Origin: Epiperipatus broadwayi | Lineage: Eukaryota > Animalia > Onychophora | DNA length: 64,000 nt | Reading direction: 5' to 3' | Assembly (NCBI GenBank): GCA_028023455.1 | Contig: JAQFVV010000008.1 | Location: 17,360,001-17,424,000 of the forward strand | Shown here: positions 61,991-64,000 of the stretch, piece by piece | Numbering within the stretch: the first letter of the stretch is position 1 | How the letters are laid out: every line of letters starts with the position of its first letter | The notes under the pieces: model-generated | What the model was told of the DNA's origin: nothing | Databases searched by the model: none | The model's input: only the letters and a program-made list of their open reading frames with translations | Position numbers and translations under genes: made by a program

Positions 61991-62640
61991 TACTGTCAAA
62001 ATCATTACCTTTAGCATTTGCATATTTTTAATATTATTAAAATGCAGATGAAAAATTATAGAAAAATCTAAATCAGGTCATTATATTTCCAAAATATGTT
62101 TATCTTTGTCTCATATCAATTAATTCAGATAATTGACTCAAATTCACATCATATCAAAAAATGCAGATAATTCGCGATACACAATCACAAGCTTTTTTTT
62201 TAATGTTAGTTTCAATAATAATTTTTTCGTATATTTTTTATCATATATGTATATGAATAAAATAATAATTAAAAAATATGCAGCTTTGAAATTTATATTG
62301 CAATAATCTATAATCGACCTAAGTTTATGTACTGTCAAAATCGTTACTTTTAGCATTTGCACATTTTTACTATTACTAAAATGCAGACAACAAATTATAG
62401 AAAAATCTAAATCAGGTCATTATATTTCCAAAATATGTTTATCTTTGGGTCATATCAATTCCAATACTCTACCCAAGCTCACATCATAGAAAAAATGCAG
62501 ATAATCACGATCTATTTTTTTTTTATATTAGTTTCAATAATAATTTTTTTGTATATTTTTTATCAAATATATATAAAAAAATAATAATTAAAAAATATAT
62601 AATAAAATAATAATTAAAAAACATATAATAAAATAATAAT
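61991..62640. repeat. About 339-bp tandem duplication
   Basis: TACTGTCAAAATC..TTTAGCATTTGCA..GAAAAATCTAAATCAGGTCATTATATTTCCAAAATATGTTTATCTTTG starts at 61991 and again at 62330. Confidence 0.8.
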
Positions 62641-64000
62641 TAAAAAATATATAGAAAAATAAAAATTCCACTAGGCCCCCCATAACATTGTCTTCAAAAT
62701 CAGTCGGAAAAAGTAAAACTTTTTACCAATGGATTTTTCACACTGAAATGTTTTCTAGTATCAAAAAAATTCAATCTCTTTGATCACAAAAATTATCATA
62801 AAATTTTTATTTTTTATCATAGAAAAATAAGATTTACCTTTCCGGAAAGTAGAGACAAAGATGGAAATGAAGGTGTAAAAAGTGCATGCGTAGCCTGTGT
62901 AGATTTCCGTTAATCTTAATCTCAACTCGGATGTTTATAATTTGAAAATCATTGCCCGCATTATGTGGGCTTAAACACGAACAGGTTAAAGGTATAGATA
63001 TAATATTACAACTATACATGTAAATAAAATTTAAATCTTTGATTCTTATTTCTTAAGTCATAAGAATGCTTCTGCCACAAATTTATAATTTTCCAAATTA
63101 TGCATATTATTGTTTAGATATTAATTCACACTCAGTGTATGACATAAAGGCATATGCAACCTTGAATTCACTTCTCAACAATAATTCCGAAGTTATTCAA
63201 TACTACTTTATTTCCAAGCCATTCTGAACTAGCAATAAAGGATTATTTATTAGGATGATCTTTATTATTTAACACCTCTCTCTTTAATTCTATTATTCTT
63301 TAATTGACATGCAATTATTTATGTAAAATTATTAAAGTGACTGAAATTATCTATTTCCATAAAATTATTAAAATGTTCGAAATGATCTACTTCCATAAAT
63401 ATATACCTTAATATATCCAATATATTCTGTTAACTCACATTCTCCCACCCGCCAACAGACATTCATATATGTCTCTTAAATTAAATATATCTATAAAAAA
63501 CTCATTTCAATTTTACCCTATATATATATATTTACTCTTTTTTTGTATTTAGATTACGGTTAAGACTAGAGAAAATAATTAGCTTTCCTAAGCAGGCTAT
63601 TAATAGAAAATAATACCTTTATCGAAGTAGCATAAAGTGATGAGCCCATTCCAAGATCTTTTTTTTTAATATTATTATTAGGTTATTCAACTCTTGCTTT
63701 ATTATGGAGGTTAGCAAAACAATTATTCATTTTTTTAAAATTTCTTTTTCTCATTCCATTGTGACTTAAAAATCTAACAATGTTTTTTATACATAAAATA
63801 CAAAAATATAATAATAATTTCAATTGAAATGCATAAAATTAAATATATAACATTATTTCATTAAATAAAAAAATTAAATTCAAATGATGTAAATGTATGT
63901 GTGACCTCTTTAATTATATATTCTTTTTTTTTTTCTAAAGTTTTTTTTTTTCATTCACATGAAATCTGTGTGACATTAAATATAGACTTTTTTAAAAATA

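Noticed and set aside
322-63019. Most short ORFs of 60-120 aa in the supplied track
   Set aside because: Low-complexity F/I/L/K-rich frames expected in AT-rich DNA, or antisense frames of TE remnants.

Overview
Very AT-rich animal (invertebrate-type) genomic DNA with CpG decay, composed mostly of introns and transposon remnants. Only one host gene is supported: a + strand gene with small exons (candidate first coding exons at 25228-25255 and 29171-29215, then 36539-36713 and 50075-50148) that splice into an RRM-like domain of the PARP14/RBM43/NMI type. Mobile DNA: two internally deleted Ty3/gypsy LTR elements (2500-6349 and 43394-47828), a solo LTR with a perfect 5-bp TSD, several APE-type LINE remnants (RTE and others), three Penelope-like element (PLE) loci, a hAT transposon with TIRs and an 8-bp TSD, a TA-flanked Tc1/mariner-type MITE, and tRNA-derived SINEs with TSDs. 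The main discovery, read by eye from both strands, is about 16 minimal type I hammerhead ribozyme (HHR) motifs. Eleven lie in three distinct non-coding tandem or inverted repeat families that resemble retrozymes (19.9-20.3 kb, 22.45-23.4 kb, 59.3-61.7 kb); two of these copies have fully canonical cores. Five lie at PLE 3' ends, and three of those carry the compensatory U3:A8 core variant. No rRNA, CRISPR or intact tRNA genes were found. All family assignments come from manual motif recognition, not database searches.
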